A stretch of DNA of 64,000 nt, from positions 21,266,001-21,330,000 of the forward strand of contig NC_087256.1 of NCBI RefSeq assembly GCF_037042905.1, given 5' to 3'. The notes beneath the pieces were generated by a model. It was not told the DNA's origin, searched no databases, and saw only the letters and a program-made list of their open reading frames with translations. Origin of the DNA: Lytechinus pictus. Taxonomy: Eukaryota. This document shows positions 28,217 through 40,757 of the stretch, piece by piece. A program made the position numbers and the translations under genes. Within the stretch, counting starts at the first letter, position 1. Every line of letters begins with the position of its first letter.

Positions 28217-29777
28217 TATATATATATATATATATATATATCTTCATTTTAAAGGGCATCCGACTTTGGTAACAAAATTATTTGCATGAAAGAAGAAAAA
28301 AAGATAATGTTGAAAGTTGTAAAGAAATCAGACAAATTACGACTGATTGGAAAATTAGACTGGTCAGAAAAAAATATGGAAATCTCAAAGAGGCAATTAA
28401 AAAAAAGTGAGTAGATTGTGACAACTGCCAAGTGTCCAGGACCATTCTCCAATTCCATTTGTCTTGTACTTAATCAAAGGGAGTATGTAGTTTCTTCTCT
28501 AATTCCTCCCCCCCCCACTGTGATTATAATAATTAAACATACATGTATGTGTCATACAGACGAAACCTCTTAGATGAATTGTATACCATATAATCTTTCT
28601 TGGAAAATACATATTCCTGAAAAGGCCCTATTGCAAAATGGCTAGTCATGATGGAGTGGTTTTTAATCTCTTTTTTCCTTCTCCCTATTCTCTGACCCCC
28701 CACACTTTTGGTTGTGTTTGGAGGGGAGGGGGTGACTGCCCCCTCCCTCCTCCCCCCTCCCTGGCTACATGCCTCATCTTGATACAATTTGTCTATCACC
28801 ACAAAATGCAAATCCATTTCATATACATCGTTTTTACATGTATTTCTTTTTTTTTTCTAACAGCACATGTTTTATATCAAGAAAATTTAATGTTCACAAA
28901 ATGGGAGCATTTGAATCTAATCAGTGCCACAAGCCATGGAACGGAATCGATTATTAATGGGTATCATTAGTGATCTACAGGGGGGTTGACTGTTCCCCCC
29001 AAAACACTGAATAACCACATCAATAATGACCCAAATCAACATGACAGTTTCACGGGGTGCAGACGTCCTAATCTTTCTACCGTTCTTCGAAAATGTCCCT
29101 TTATCTTCCAAAACTGAGGAAGAAAGTTGAGTGGGGTGCAGTGTGGTGTGAAGATTTTCACCCCGGCTCATGGGGAGATGTCACACCGCTCGCCGGGTAC
29201 GTGTGTGTTTAAATCAAATACCGTCCGGATTGGACCCCTACCGTTTGGCAACTTCAGGAATTGGGATGGATAATGAAAAATGACGGCCCCATTTCTTGCC
29301 CCTGCTCAGAGCTACCAACAATGAGTTTCTTTGCAGGCAAGGATCGGGAGGGGGTGGGGGCAAGCAGGCGTCGACCCCCGCCCCCCTCTAGTTTGCTTTT
29401 TTTTTTAAAACAAGAAAAATGTTCTCCATCAGTGGAGACATGATTACATAGTTTGTTCTTTTTGGGGAGGCGAGGGGGAGGGGATGATCCCCCACCCTTC
29501 TTGTAAATCCTGGATCCACCCTTGGTTCTTCGAAAGGAACAACCCTCGAGTAAATGTCTTCCGTTCTGCGTGGGCGTGTCCCACCAAATACCAGTAGCAC
29601 CATACCCCCTGCTCATGTATTGAGGTAACGGGTCAGATGCATTTCAGGGAAATACATACATTCAAGACAAATCTGTTAGAAAATATTTCTTAAGTTAGAG
29701 AAATTCTATAACGTTGTTTTTTTATATCAACTCTGTAGCCTACATAGTAGGCCTACTTTTACTTGGGTGCAGTGTAT

Positions 29778-30042
29778 GCCCGTCTTACAAAGAGTTGCGA
29801 TTGATCCAATCAATTGCAACTATGGAAAGCCAGCAAAGTCAACATATAAAATGCATGTTTGTTAAAAAAAATTCTAGATATGAATGTATGTATCCATAAA
29901 TTCATTGATCTGACAATTTGGTGTGATCTCCTTTGTTTACAAAGGACATTTTGCAAATTTCCTGTAGAAAAAATTATGACACTGATGGATTTCCATAGAG
30001 TTACGATTGATTGGATCAATTGTAACTCTTTGTAAGACGGGC
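29778..30042 (+). mobile_element. MITE family E (Harbinger-like)
   Basis: GCCCGTCTTACAAAGAGTTGCGATTGATCCAATC...GATTGGATCAATTGTAACTCTTTGTAAGACGGGC; second copy at 63631-63902. Confidence 0.8.
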
Positions 30043-33000
30043 CCTAGCCCTAAACATGTATCTGATGATCATGTGAGGTATTAAGAGAAATATGTTTGTA
30101 AATATTCTTCAGTTAGAAAAATGCTTCAACATTTTAATACAATGTACAACCTGTATACACTGTACTTTTAAAAGACCATTTTATTTCTCTCTTATTTCTT
30201 TCTAATAAACCTATTACATCTATTGTATCAAACAGAAATATAGGAGCAAATGTTGTATAATTTCCTTACATACAACTGATTTAAATTACATGTACTTACC
30301 TCTCTTTAACTTTCACTTTTGAACTGGAAACTCTAGTTCTGTGATAAAATAAGTCATAAACAATAATGTTATTGTTCAATTAGACAATTTTTAAAATATT
30401 GATACATAATTGAATTTATCACTTCTTGTGTGCTTCCAATTGAGGATCCTACATTGTTAATTAAACCATTATATATAATATACTATTTATATTAGAAATA
30501 TTTTTCAATGTATAATAATTATCATGATAGAAGTGTACAAAATAGCAATAAAAACAAGATTTCATTCAATTAAAAAATATATAAAGAAAACAGAGATATA
30601 ATCCAAAGACAGATGTTGTGTGTACAAAAAATCATACAAACCATTACATCTCTGTATTGTAAAAAATAAGAATAAACAGCAAAATGAATAAATGCAGTAA
30701 AATATAATACAAATTTCATATTGAGATTTTTTTAAATACTGCTGGTATTTGGTATGATCAGACTTGACTCTGATGTCCCATTCACGCTGTGCAATGAATG
30801 AATTGACACCTGCAATAGCAAGATGTAAAAATACAGCATTGTACCAAGTTCTTTCTTTCAACTGATGTCAATGCCTGATGTCTTTGGTGACTTGTTTGTT
30901 TTGCAGTTTGTCAATCAAGACACTCAAAATATATTTATTAAAAAAAAGAAAATAAAAATTGCATTTCAGCACTGCGATATTCAATTTTCATCTTATCTCA
31001 TTCTGATGGACCTGTCTGGACTTTTTTCTCTCTCTCTTGCCCCCCCCCCCCTCTGACAGACAATTGGCAGAAAATGAGATAAAGAGAGGTAATTTCAATA
31101 AAAATGTATAGAATTAATTTAAAAGGGCAGGACGAGGACCATCAAAAGGTGTTTACAGAATAATCTAATGACTAAGGATTTGAAGATAATGAACAATGTG
31201 ATTAAGTGCTGAGTTTGGGCGGGACAACACATCATTAACAGCCGCTGACATGCCTCTTCACACCACCAATGAATGGAGCAAGCTCCCAGACCTCAGATAC
31301 CACTTCAAGCTCTGCCAGCGGGATACCAGCACACACACCCCCACACCTCTGTAATTGCTCCTTCTATTCAAAACATCCAATCCTTGCCCCTCTCTGTGGC
31401 TTCCACCGAATACACCAAAGAGCAACACAGCTCACAAAAGAGCTAGACCTTCTCCATAGGGTTGAGAAGCCGCATCACGCCCATTTACGCTTTCATAATT
31501 ATTAAGAACCCTAAATTGGATAACCTCGGATAATGCCCCTCCTAATAATCCACCCCCCTTTTTCGGGCCAAGTTTAAAGCTTATCCTCCCAATCATAATG
31601 GACATACAATGGCGCTCACCATGAAAATCATGTTTTACATGTATGGGGTTACTGCTAATTTAGCGCTCACAAGAAAATCACCTCAACCATTCTTGGCAAG
31701 GAAGCAGAAGAATAGCGGTGGACGTTGGAGTTGGAGTGACTGACTTGCAGCGTTCGCATAACTGACAGCTAACATCTTTTGTTACTGGAGTGTTTGCATT
31801 GATGAATTGACCCCAGTGAGGTCTCATTATTTCATTTTTTGCAATAAAAAGAAAACAAGGCCCGGAAACTAGTCTTGCATTCTCCTCCCGTTCTCCTATA
31901 CCCACGTCCAAACCACAGTTTTCTTTTCCTTTTGACATCCGAGTTTGTAAAGATCCACGTCGCCCCCTCAGGTTATTTGCCTGGCTGACGAAGAACAGTT
32001 CTTATACCCCTTTTCCCTTAAGCAGTGCTAATCTACCCCTTTAAGAAAGGGAAGGTCATTATACTTGTTCCTCTGTAAATATTTCAGTGTGAATAAAAAA
32101 ATCAAAAGTAGAGCAAATCTATATTTGCACTTTGTATAAATAGCCTATTACATCAGAGGTGCACAGATAATTGTTGTACAAACCTTTTTGCCTTTATTTG
32201 ATTTCAGTCTTACTGCTTTTCCTTGCATACAACTTTCTCTTCTATACTATTGGTATTTCCATGAAAAATTACAAAGAGCAAAGTGAATCTCTACTATGTT
32301 AAACTTTCCATTGAATTATCCATGTTAACGATTCCTATTCATATATCTGAATTTATTTTACTAAAACTAAAGGGGACAAAAGTGAACCACTTAGAATATA
32401 ATTTGAGTACACCTTATTTTTCAATATCATAAAAATCTAAAATGTTGAACTTCTGTCCTACTTTGATCCCAAATGAAAGATAACCAGTACACAAATGAAT
32501 ATGAAGTACTCATGCTTCATATTGAGGAAATTTGTTTTATATATTCGTTTACAAATTGAACAGATAATTATGAATCAGAAAACACAATGCAATCAATAGC
32601 AATTGCATTGGGGAACAGGCCAGGGTTGGCGCGTTTTAAACGGTGTGTTTTAAAACATGTTTTAAAACGCGTTTTAAAACACCCGTTTTTTTTACAAAAA
32701 AAACGTGTTTTAAAACACCTCATAGACTTGTGTGTTATAAATATGCATGGATGTGATTTTACATGAATTTATTTTTTATACTTTTATTTCTTAATTGGTT
32801 TATTATTTTCTTCTAACTAAATCTCTTTCTCAACACCACTCTTTTTCTCCTCTCTCTTTCCCCCCTTATTCTCCCTTTCTCCATTGCTTTGTCATGTTCC
32901 TTTCCTCCTGTTCAATTGTGCACATCAATCCATATTTAAGAATATTCTCATTTTAACAAACATCTGAGTGTTGTGCTCACTTTTAGACAGGGAAAGAAAC

Positions 33001-34027
33001 ACTATTTAAAATGAGCTCAAATATGTAATAGTAGTACTTGAATGAAATGGAAGTGTTGCACAAACATAATAATATTTTGCAAATAGACTGTATAACTGAC
33101 ATTGTAACCTTGAGGTACACACGAAATTAGGTGAAACTTTGCGCTTCGTAAAGATGAAGAAAAGTAATTTAATTCAGTATAAGATAATCAGCTAGCAAAC
33201 CTTTTTTTCCTCCCTGAACATGTGTGGAACTACCATTGTTTTAACATTTTTTGGTTCAGTCAAGTTGGTCATTATTATCAAATCTGTAAAAATTGAAATA
33301 TTGTATTGTTCAAACAATTTAAAAAAAAAATAGTGAGGGGCATTATCAACTCTCTCATTTGCACATCACTGAGTTGTAATAAATGTTAAATTGTGAAAAT
33401 AAGCGAAATTTTAAAATGTTATAACTTTCTTATTTTACATCCGATTTTGATGAAATTTTCAGCATTATGCTTGTTTGAATTTTTTCTACTGATTCAAATC
33501 AAACATTTTTCTGGGGTGGACTTGACCTTTAACCCTAACACTCCCAGGGGACCGTAATGGCCCCCTTAAAAATTTCTATGATAAATCCATAAGCACAACA
33601 GGGCCATGCCATATTGTTCAAGACTATTTTTTGGATACATGCATGGATATGTGGTTATGATATTACCATGGAGCTATCAACACATTAATAGCTCAATGAT
33701 ATTACAAGTGCATGACAGACCAGAATTGCTCAATATCGTGATTTCATGTATAAAGCCAATGCAAATTTTTCGCCAACATTTTTATCTGTATCAATATTTG
33801 TACTTTTTGTTAATGATTGGAAAATTATTGCCAATAATTTCCATTAAAAAAACGATTAAAAAAACACAAAAGTAACCGCAAAACTGTAGATAAGAAATAT
33901 GTAAAAAAAAACAGTTAAAACAAACATTAAAAAAACAATTTGATCAGAATTCCTCAATTAAAGAAATAAGCAGTTCAAGGGCCTAATATTTATAGATTTA
34001 AACCCAATTTTGTATTTCATGCACTTA

Positions 34028-34256
34028 TGGGTACCCGGTAGAATGTAAAAGTCATTGTAGCTTGTCCAGTACTGTGTGCGCCTCACTGGCGACTGACTTG
34101 AATACTACCCAGGGAGTGGAGGATGTGCATACATTGTGTGCGGGAATGACTGATTGAATCCGATGATTGTGGTAATAATAAATCTTTAAAGCGCTTAGAC
34201 ATGTCGTTCCAATGTATTAAGCGCGATATAAAAGCGGACTTTTATCATTATTATTA
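34028..34256 (+). mobile_element. SINE 3' portion nested in the 3.1-kb element
   Basis: ATGGGTACCCGGTAG core followed by AAAGCGCTTAGA...AAGCGCGATATAAA and an (ATT)n tail. Confidence 0.6.
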
Positions 34257-34541
34257 CTTAAAATTTGTATAATTGATTCAAATGAAATAAAGCATATTGA
34301 GTAAATAAAATTAAGCATTGAAAGCCTATAGTCTATAGACTATGTCATTTTCTTACATTGTGCAAATTCTTCTCACCCCCTAGATTGACAAGACTCAAAA
34401 AACCCTGAGACTACATCATATGTATGAGGAATAAACTTTCTTTTTCGGCATTCAATTTCCTTGATTTTGTTATTTGGGGGAAAATTCTTTTCTGTTGGAA
34501 ATTCAGTAAAAAAAATTGTAGTCATCTCTTACTAATACTCC

Positions 34542-35517
34542 AACAAGTGGAATGCCTCTGGCCGTCTCACCTGCATCACGCGATTCAATATAGCAGCAGT
34601 GCTGATTTTGAAAACTACTATAACTCGCACAAGATGTTCAGTGATACTTGGTTACTCTTATTTCCACGTTTTATGAACTAGACCAATACACTTATAGAGA
34701 TATGATGGCAATTCAACAAATACCCCCAACGTGGCCAAAGTTCTTTGACCTTACATGACCTTTGACCTTGATCATGTGACCTGAAACTCGCACAGGATGT
34801 TCAGTGATACTTGATTACTATTATGTCCAAGTTTTATGAACTAGACCAACACACTTTCAAATTTATGGCTGTAATTCAACAAATACCCCAATTTGACCAA
34901 AGTTCATTGACCCTAAATGACCTTTGACCTTGATCATGTGACCTGAAACTTGCACAGGATGTTCAGTAATACTTGATTACTATTATGTCCAAGTTTCATG
35001 AATCAGATCCATAAACTTTCAAAGTTATGATGGTAATTCAACAAATACCCCAATTCGGCCAAAGTTCATTGACCCTAAATGACCTTTGACCTTGGTCTTG
35101 TGACGTGAAACTCATGCAGGATGTTCAGTGATACTTGATTAACCTTATGTATAAGTTTCATGAACTAGGTCCATATATTTTCTAAGTTATGATGACATTT
35201 CAAAAACTTAACCTTAGGTTAAGATTTTGATGTTGATTCCCCCAACATGGTCTAAGTTCATTGACCCTAAATGACCTTTGACCTTGGTCATGTGACATGA
35301 AACTCAGGCAGGATGTTCAGTAATACTTGATTAACCTTATGGCCAAGTTTCATGAACTAGGTCCATATACTTTCTAAGTTATGCTGTCATTTCAAAAACT
35401 TAACCTCAGGTTAAGATTTGGTGTTGACGCCGCCGCCGCCGTCGCCGCCGCCGTCGCCGTCGCCGCCGCCGTCGGAAAAGCGGCGCCTATAGTCTCACTC
35501 TGCTATGCAGGTGAGAC
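34542..35517 (-). mobile_element. Helentron-associated element (HINE; Tsp/pearl/DINE-1-like architecture), copy 1
   Basis: Subterminal IR GTCTCACCTGCAT/ATGCAGGTGAGAC, terminal hairpin, (GCC)n microsatellite, ~162-bp core tandem repeats, AACAAG end. Confidence 0.8.
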
Positions 35518-35730
35518 AAAAATGTATTTAAAACATCAAGAGCTTAAATCATACTGTATTAAATGTACAATTTAATTGATTTACAGAAAATTACATCGTT
35601 CGTTGGGAAAAAAAACGTTTTAAAACGATTTAAAACGTTTTAAAACATTAAAAAGCGTTTTATTTGTTTTTTTTTATAAAAAACGTTTTTTATTACAACC
35701 CTGGGAACAGGTGATTATTAGTTTTGTTCA

Positions 35731-36306
35731 AAGGTCAAGTCCACCCCAGAAAATCAAACAAGCATAACACTGAAAATATCATCAGATTCTGATGTAAAAT
35801 AAAAAAAATTATGAAATTTTCAAATTTCGCTTATTTTGCACAAAACTGTCATATGCACAACTCAGTGATATGGAATTGAGAGAGTCAATGATGTCCCTCA
35901 CTCACTATTTCTTTTCTTTTTTATTGTTAGAAATCTACATTTTAATTTTTACAGATTTGACAATACAGACCAACGTGACTTAACCATAAACTTAAAATAA
36001 ATGTAATTCCACCTGTCCAGGTAGGAATAAAATTTTATTTCATATGACAATAATAAGAAAATTGTAATTTTTCAAATTTCATATTATGATATACAAAATG
36101 CAAAAGAGATAGTGAGTGACATCATCAGTTCCCTCATTTGCATACTGACCAGGATGTGCATATAACTGTTTTGTGAAATTAAGCAAAACTTAAAAATGTC
36201 ATAACTTTCTTATTTTACATCCGATTTTGATGAAATTTTCAGTGTTATGCTTGTTGGATATTTCTTTTATTCAAATCAAATTTTTGTTGGGGTGAACTTA
36301 GCCTTT
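35731..36306. mobile_element. Kolobok/T2-like MITE family C
   Basis: AAAGGTCAAGTCCACCCCA...TGGGGTGAACTTAGCCTTT termini with long imperfect arms; half-copy at ~33300-33532 ending GGGGTGGACTTGACCTTTAA. Confidence 0.75.
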
Positions 36307-39300
36307 ATATAGTAGAACAGCGATTATCCATTTACTGGTAAATATCAAAACTAAAAAGCAGTTGTGGTTAGACTTTTCATTTGGAAATTCAATGAATTTG
36401 CAAAATGGAATTCATGATTTTTTTGCTGTGCACATTTTCTATGACAAAGTGGAATTTCCACTTCAGACCAAGTTTGAAAACGAAGCAGGTTTTAGAAACA
36501 GAAAATCACTATCTCTACAATAGTATTTCTACTGCAAGTCTACCCAAATTAAATGTAAATGAATTGAACAAAAAGATACAAATAAATCAAACATGGTTCT
36601 GAAATTTTCCTTAAAAAAGTTTTAAAAATGAAAAGTTGTTATGACATTTACAAGTTCTGTTTAGCTTAAAAAAAAGTAGTTTGTAGATAAAACAGAGAGT
36701 TTGTACATGTATATATGAATATCTGATTATTTAACCAACTTATGTAAAATATGACGTATTTCACATTTTGTAACCAACCACTATTACATGAAATGTGACA
36801 AAATTTCACTTTTTTTCCTGATTATAATGAAGTGCAATTAACTAGTTGTATTCCTAAGTGAACATTTGTATTTGTATTGTCATTTTCTATTATATTCTAT
36901 AATTCACATGAAAAACTTGACAATGTTTGGGAAACAGATTGAATTTCGCATCCATTTCAGAAGCAAAAAAAAATATTGGTCAGCAAATAAATCAATGACA
37001 ACAAGAACTTGTTAAAACCAGTCATTATAGTACAAGTAAGACTTTGGTGTCATGTCTATTTAAAACAAGACTGTCTCCAGCTTGCTTCTCTACTCCAATA
37101 CATCTCCGTCTGCCTCCATTGTTCACCATGTTGGCTCCATGATTTAGCGATAGCATGTAAAATTCAAACAGTACCCAAATGGGAGAAAGACTCTTTGAAT
37201 CTGCTTGTTAAGTTTTCTCTCTGAATGGGAACCGTTTGGGTGAAAGGACAGAGGGGTTAGGGTTTCTTTGCAGAGATAATGATTTCAAAACATCCTTTTG
37301 GTTTAATAACAATTAAAAGTCAGTCCGGTTTGTGTTGATAAGTGTTCATAACATTGTTGTCCCCGGAAGTCTCTAGTAAACATTGTCACTGTGACAGCAT
37401 GTGATACAAAAGAGTCTAGCATACATGTGGAACCGTTATTTTTTAAAGAAGTCTATATTAAAAATATTGATAATAAAAATAGTAATAAAGATAACAATAA
37501 TAATTAATAATGATGATGATAATAATAATAATGATAATAAATACTAATCAATAATAGTAATGATACATTTTCTAAATTTATCTATCACTGGAATTAACAA
37601 TTCAATTTCTAGATATTTTAGTTGGTGACCTCAACTTTCAAGTATGTATTAATCATTTTTTTTAATAGACACTGCTAGATAAACTTGAGGAAAGAAGAGA
37701 ATAAGCGCAATCAAACAAATCAAATTGACAAAGTAGTCTGCGTTATGAAGTCCAGTAAGTCCATGGTCTAACTTTGTGCTAAAATTACGGGAAGCTGAAA
37801 TATAAACATTTGTCTGTATTGTATATTTCTTCTGTCTATCTTTCCCCATGCTTTTAAATGTGAACAAAATTATATTACTCCCAGACAGTTCCATTGTTCC
37901 ATTCAACTATTATCATTAAAAAAAAATTAAATTTCTTTACTATCATACTCTCCTATCATGAAAAATTCTTGATATTTTCTGGATGTCTTAATTACCAGTA
38001 TGTGAGACTAATCCTTAATGCATTTTAATTTTCCAATGACAAATTGACATATATTAAAAAAATTTGGTATATATGGAAAACAAGTCTCCACTGTCCTCAC
38101 TGCCACAAAATGCCCATTTCAGATACTATCAAGTTTTTGTGACAGCAGAGCACTCATTTTTTAAGGAGCATATATGCTTTTATATAAAGGCAATACAGAG
38201 ACTGAATGATTAAAGTACAGTCTCTGTTGGTGTGGTGGAGGGGGGGTCCCCTTGACCCTTAAACTTTTATAGTGTGTAATACACTAAACATAACAATCAC
38301 AGTGATGCTATATTTATATCGAAATTCATGGTAGTGGTGGTGATATTTTACCTGATGGCTAACAAATCATGAATGCTTGATAGCATCTCTTCATTTTAAG
38401 TTTTGTGTTTAACATGTGTACATTTGACTCTTCCATTTTCATTAATATGATGTAAGATAAAAGATGAATCTGGATGAAATATGCCTTGCACAAGAGCAGA
38501 AGTGCCACTCCAGAGACCAAACTAGGCCTTTCTTGTTGGTATTCATTCAGGAGCCTTAAACTACTTGGAAACCACATCTCCACATTTTTTCTTTCTTTTT
38601 GCATATATGCTTTTTTTTTCTTTTGTTGCAAATTTAATGACCAAACTGTAAAGAAAATTTTCACTTCCTGATAAAGATGATCAAGAGTGCAATTAGAAAT
38701 TATGAAAATAGCATGTACTAACTATAGAAAATTAAAATTCCTTCTTCAAGCAACGTTGTGCAATTATCATCACCAATTATCATTATGGTGATTTATAGCA
38801 TCAAATACTCTAAACCAGTATAGATGTGGCAGTGTGAACAAGGTTTGTAATTACTCACTTGTAGACCTGTAAACAACCCCTGCCAGGCATCCCCAGTAAT
38901 TAATTAACCAACACTTACCTGTCTGTTTACATAGCGTTGTTGATGACATCACAGGCAACTCTCCGCCCACATGAGTCCTAACATGGATCTACATGTGTGT
39001 TTAATGCCTACAGCGTTAATCAACATGGGATTAATAGGGTATTAATTGATGTAAACTTGATGAATTTAAAGATTAGATGATTACACAGTGTATGCCTTTG
39101 AAATAATATTGACTATTTAAAGGCTAAGATTTGGAATGTATGTATACACGCAGGTTGCTCTACTTATTTAGGAGTTTACTTGTATTTTTAGAATGCTGGC
39201 TTTTGATACAGTATAATAATTGATGAATTGTTTTACTGTCTGTAATTTCACTTTCTTGTTATACACTTGTTTATTATGTCTCATGTATCAAAAACTGCAT

Positions 39301-40354
39301 AAAGAACTCTTCCTGTTATTATGTGCTTGATTAATATTTACTATTATTATTAATGAAAATTTGTTAAAATGTTAAAAAAATGTCAGTCAACATTTTAACT
39401 TCTAAAGACATATTTTAATCAATCTTTACATTATCATTAGATCTACAAGAAAAAAAACTATTTTTTATTCAAGAAACAGCAACTTTTTGCACTTGAACTT
39501 AAATACAATTATTGAATAAACTGCCAGTATATCATTACATTCTATATCATAGTTGACTATCAACTTAAAACTGGGTAAAAAGGAGATATTTCCTTGATAT
39601 CTAGGCTTTTCCTGTAAAAAAATAGGAGGATATCTCAGGAAAAATGAGCCAAATTATTGGCATATCTTGAATACCATTTCTCTTTACATGTTACAAATGC
39701 TATCAAGATGTTGTTCCACGTTCAATTAGTGTTGGATTTTCACGCTAAGCCGCTGGCTTAATCAAAGGAAATGTTTCAAAGATTCCCCATTTAATCCTCG
39801 TCTTCCCATACACATATTGCAGCCAGAAATTTCTTTGGAGGAGAGATGGGATATATATATGTGATTTTCATTTCCCTTTTTTGAAGGCTGATCAGAATGA
39901 CCCCCCCCCCCCCTGGTTTCAATATCGATAATTCCATTGACTGAATGAAGGATTAACCTATTTACCACCAAAGTCTTTAATTTCATTAAGATTGTACAGG
40001 GACCATCCCGTTCCAGCAGGCAATTGGTTAATGTGTGTTTAGCTATGAAAGACTGTTAGCGTACTGAATTTCATGCAAAGTTGCAAACCTTTTAAAATTG
40101 AAGGGGAGTCTTGATTCAGAAATGTTCGCAAATAGTTTGGTCATTATGTAAATTAAAACCTCTTTTTAAAATAAATTGAGTAAAATAATGAAGGTAAGCT
40201 AGATAATATGTTATAATGCAGACTGAACTTAGAATGTATGACCAAATACAATGCTTGGTATATTCAACACAAATTTTGTGTTAAGACAATTACAGTAACT
40301 ATTATACACAATGTACACCTTGGTCCATGTGACTAATAGCTTACAGAAATTGTT

Positions 40355-40757
40355 TTAAAGGTAAATGCTAGTTTTGGTAACGATATCAAAATGAGTTCGT
40401 ACAGAATCCAATGAAATGACCACTAAAGTGTCTGTTTGTATAAATAAAACGCATGTGCCAAAGGATTCTGGAAGAAATTGTGTAATTGCTGAGAAATCAG
40501 CAAATAAGCACAGGATTCGGGTAGAGCGTCGGGCCCGACGCTCAAAGCAATAATTATACACTGTCCCACGTGCGCTTATCTGTGTTGGGGAAGTTCAGTC
40601 TGAACATTTTTCAGCGTAGATTTCAAGATTTCACAAAGTTCAGTTTATGTAACTGTACCAGATCTAGATCCTCGATGATATACTGACAATTAAGCCTGGT
40701 TTTACAGACTTTCTCATGAAATCAGTGTTTACTGCAACTACTGGAATTTCTCTTTAA
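40355..40757 (-). mobile_element. TTAA-flanked MITE family A, copy 2 (inverted)
   Basis: Reverse complement of 4070-4470; TTAAAGG...CTTTAA ends. Confidence 0.85.

Larger units (their letters stand above)
32621..35703. mobile_element. 3.1-kb non-autonomous TIR element carrying nested insertions
   Basis: CAGGGTTG...CAACCCTG termini, GTTTTAAAAC subterminal arrays at both ends, flanking direct repeat GGAACAGG(C/T). Confidence 0.75.

Noticed and set aside
35381-35575. Poly-Ala ORF (also 62336-62563)
   Set aside because: Translation of the (GCC)n microsatellite of the HINE element.
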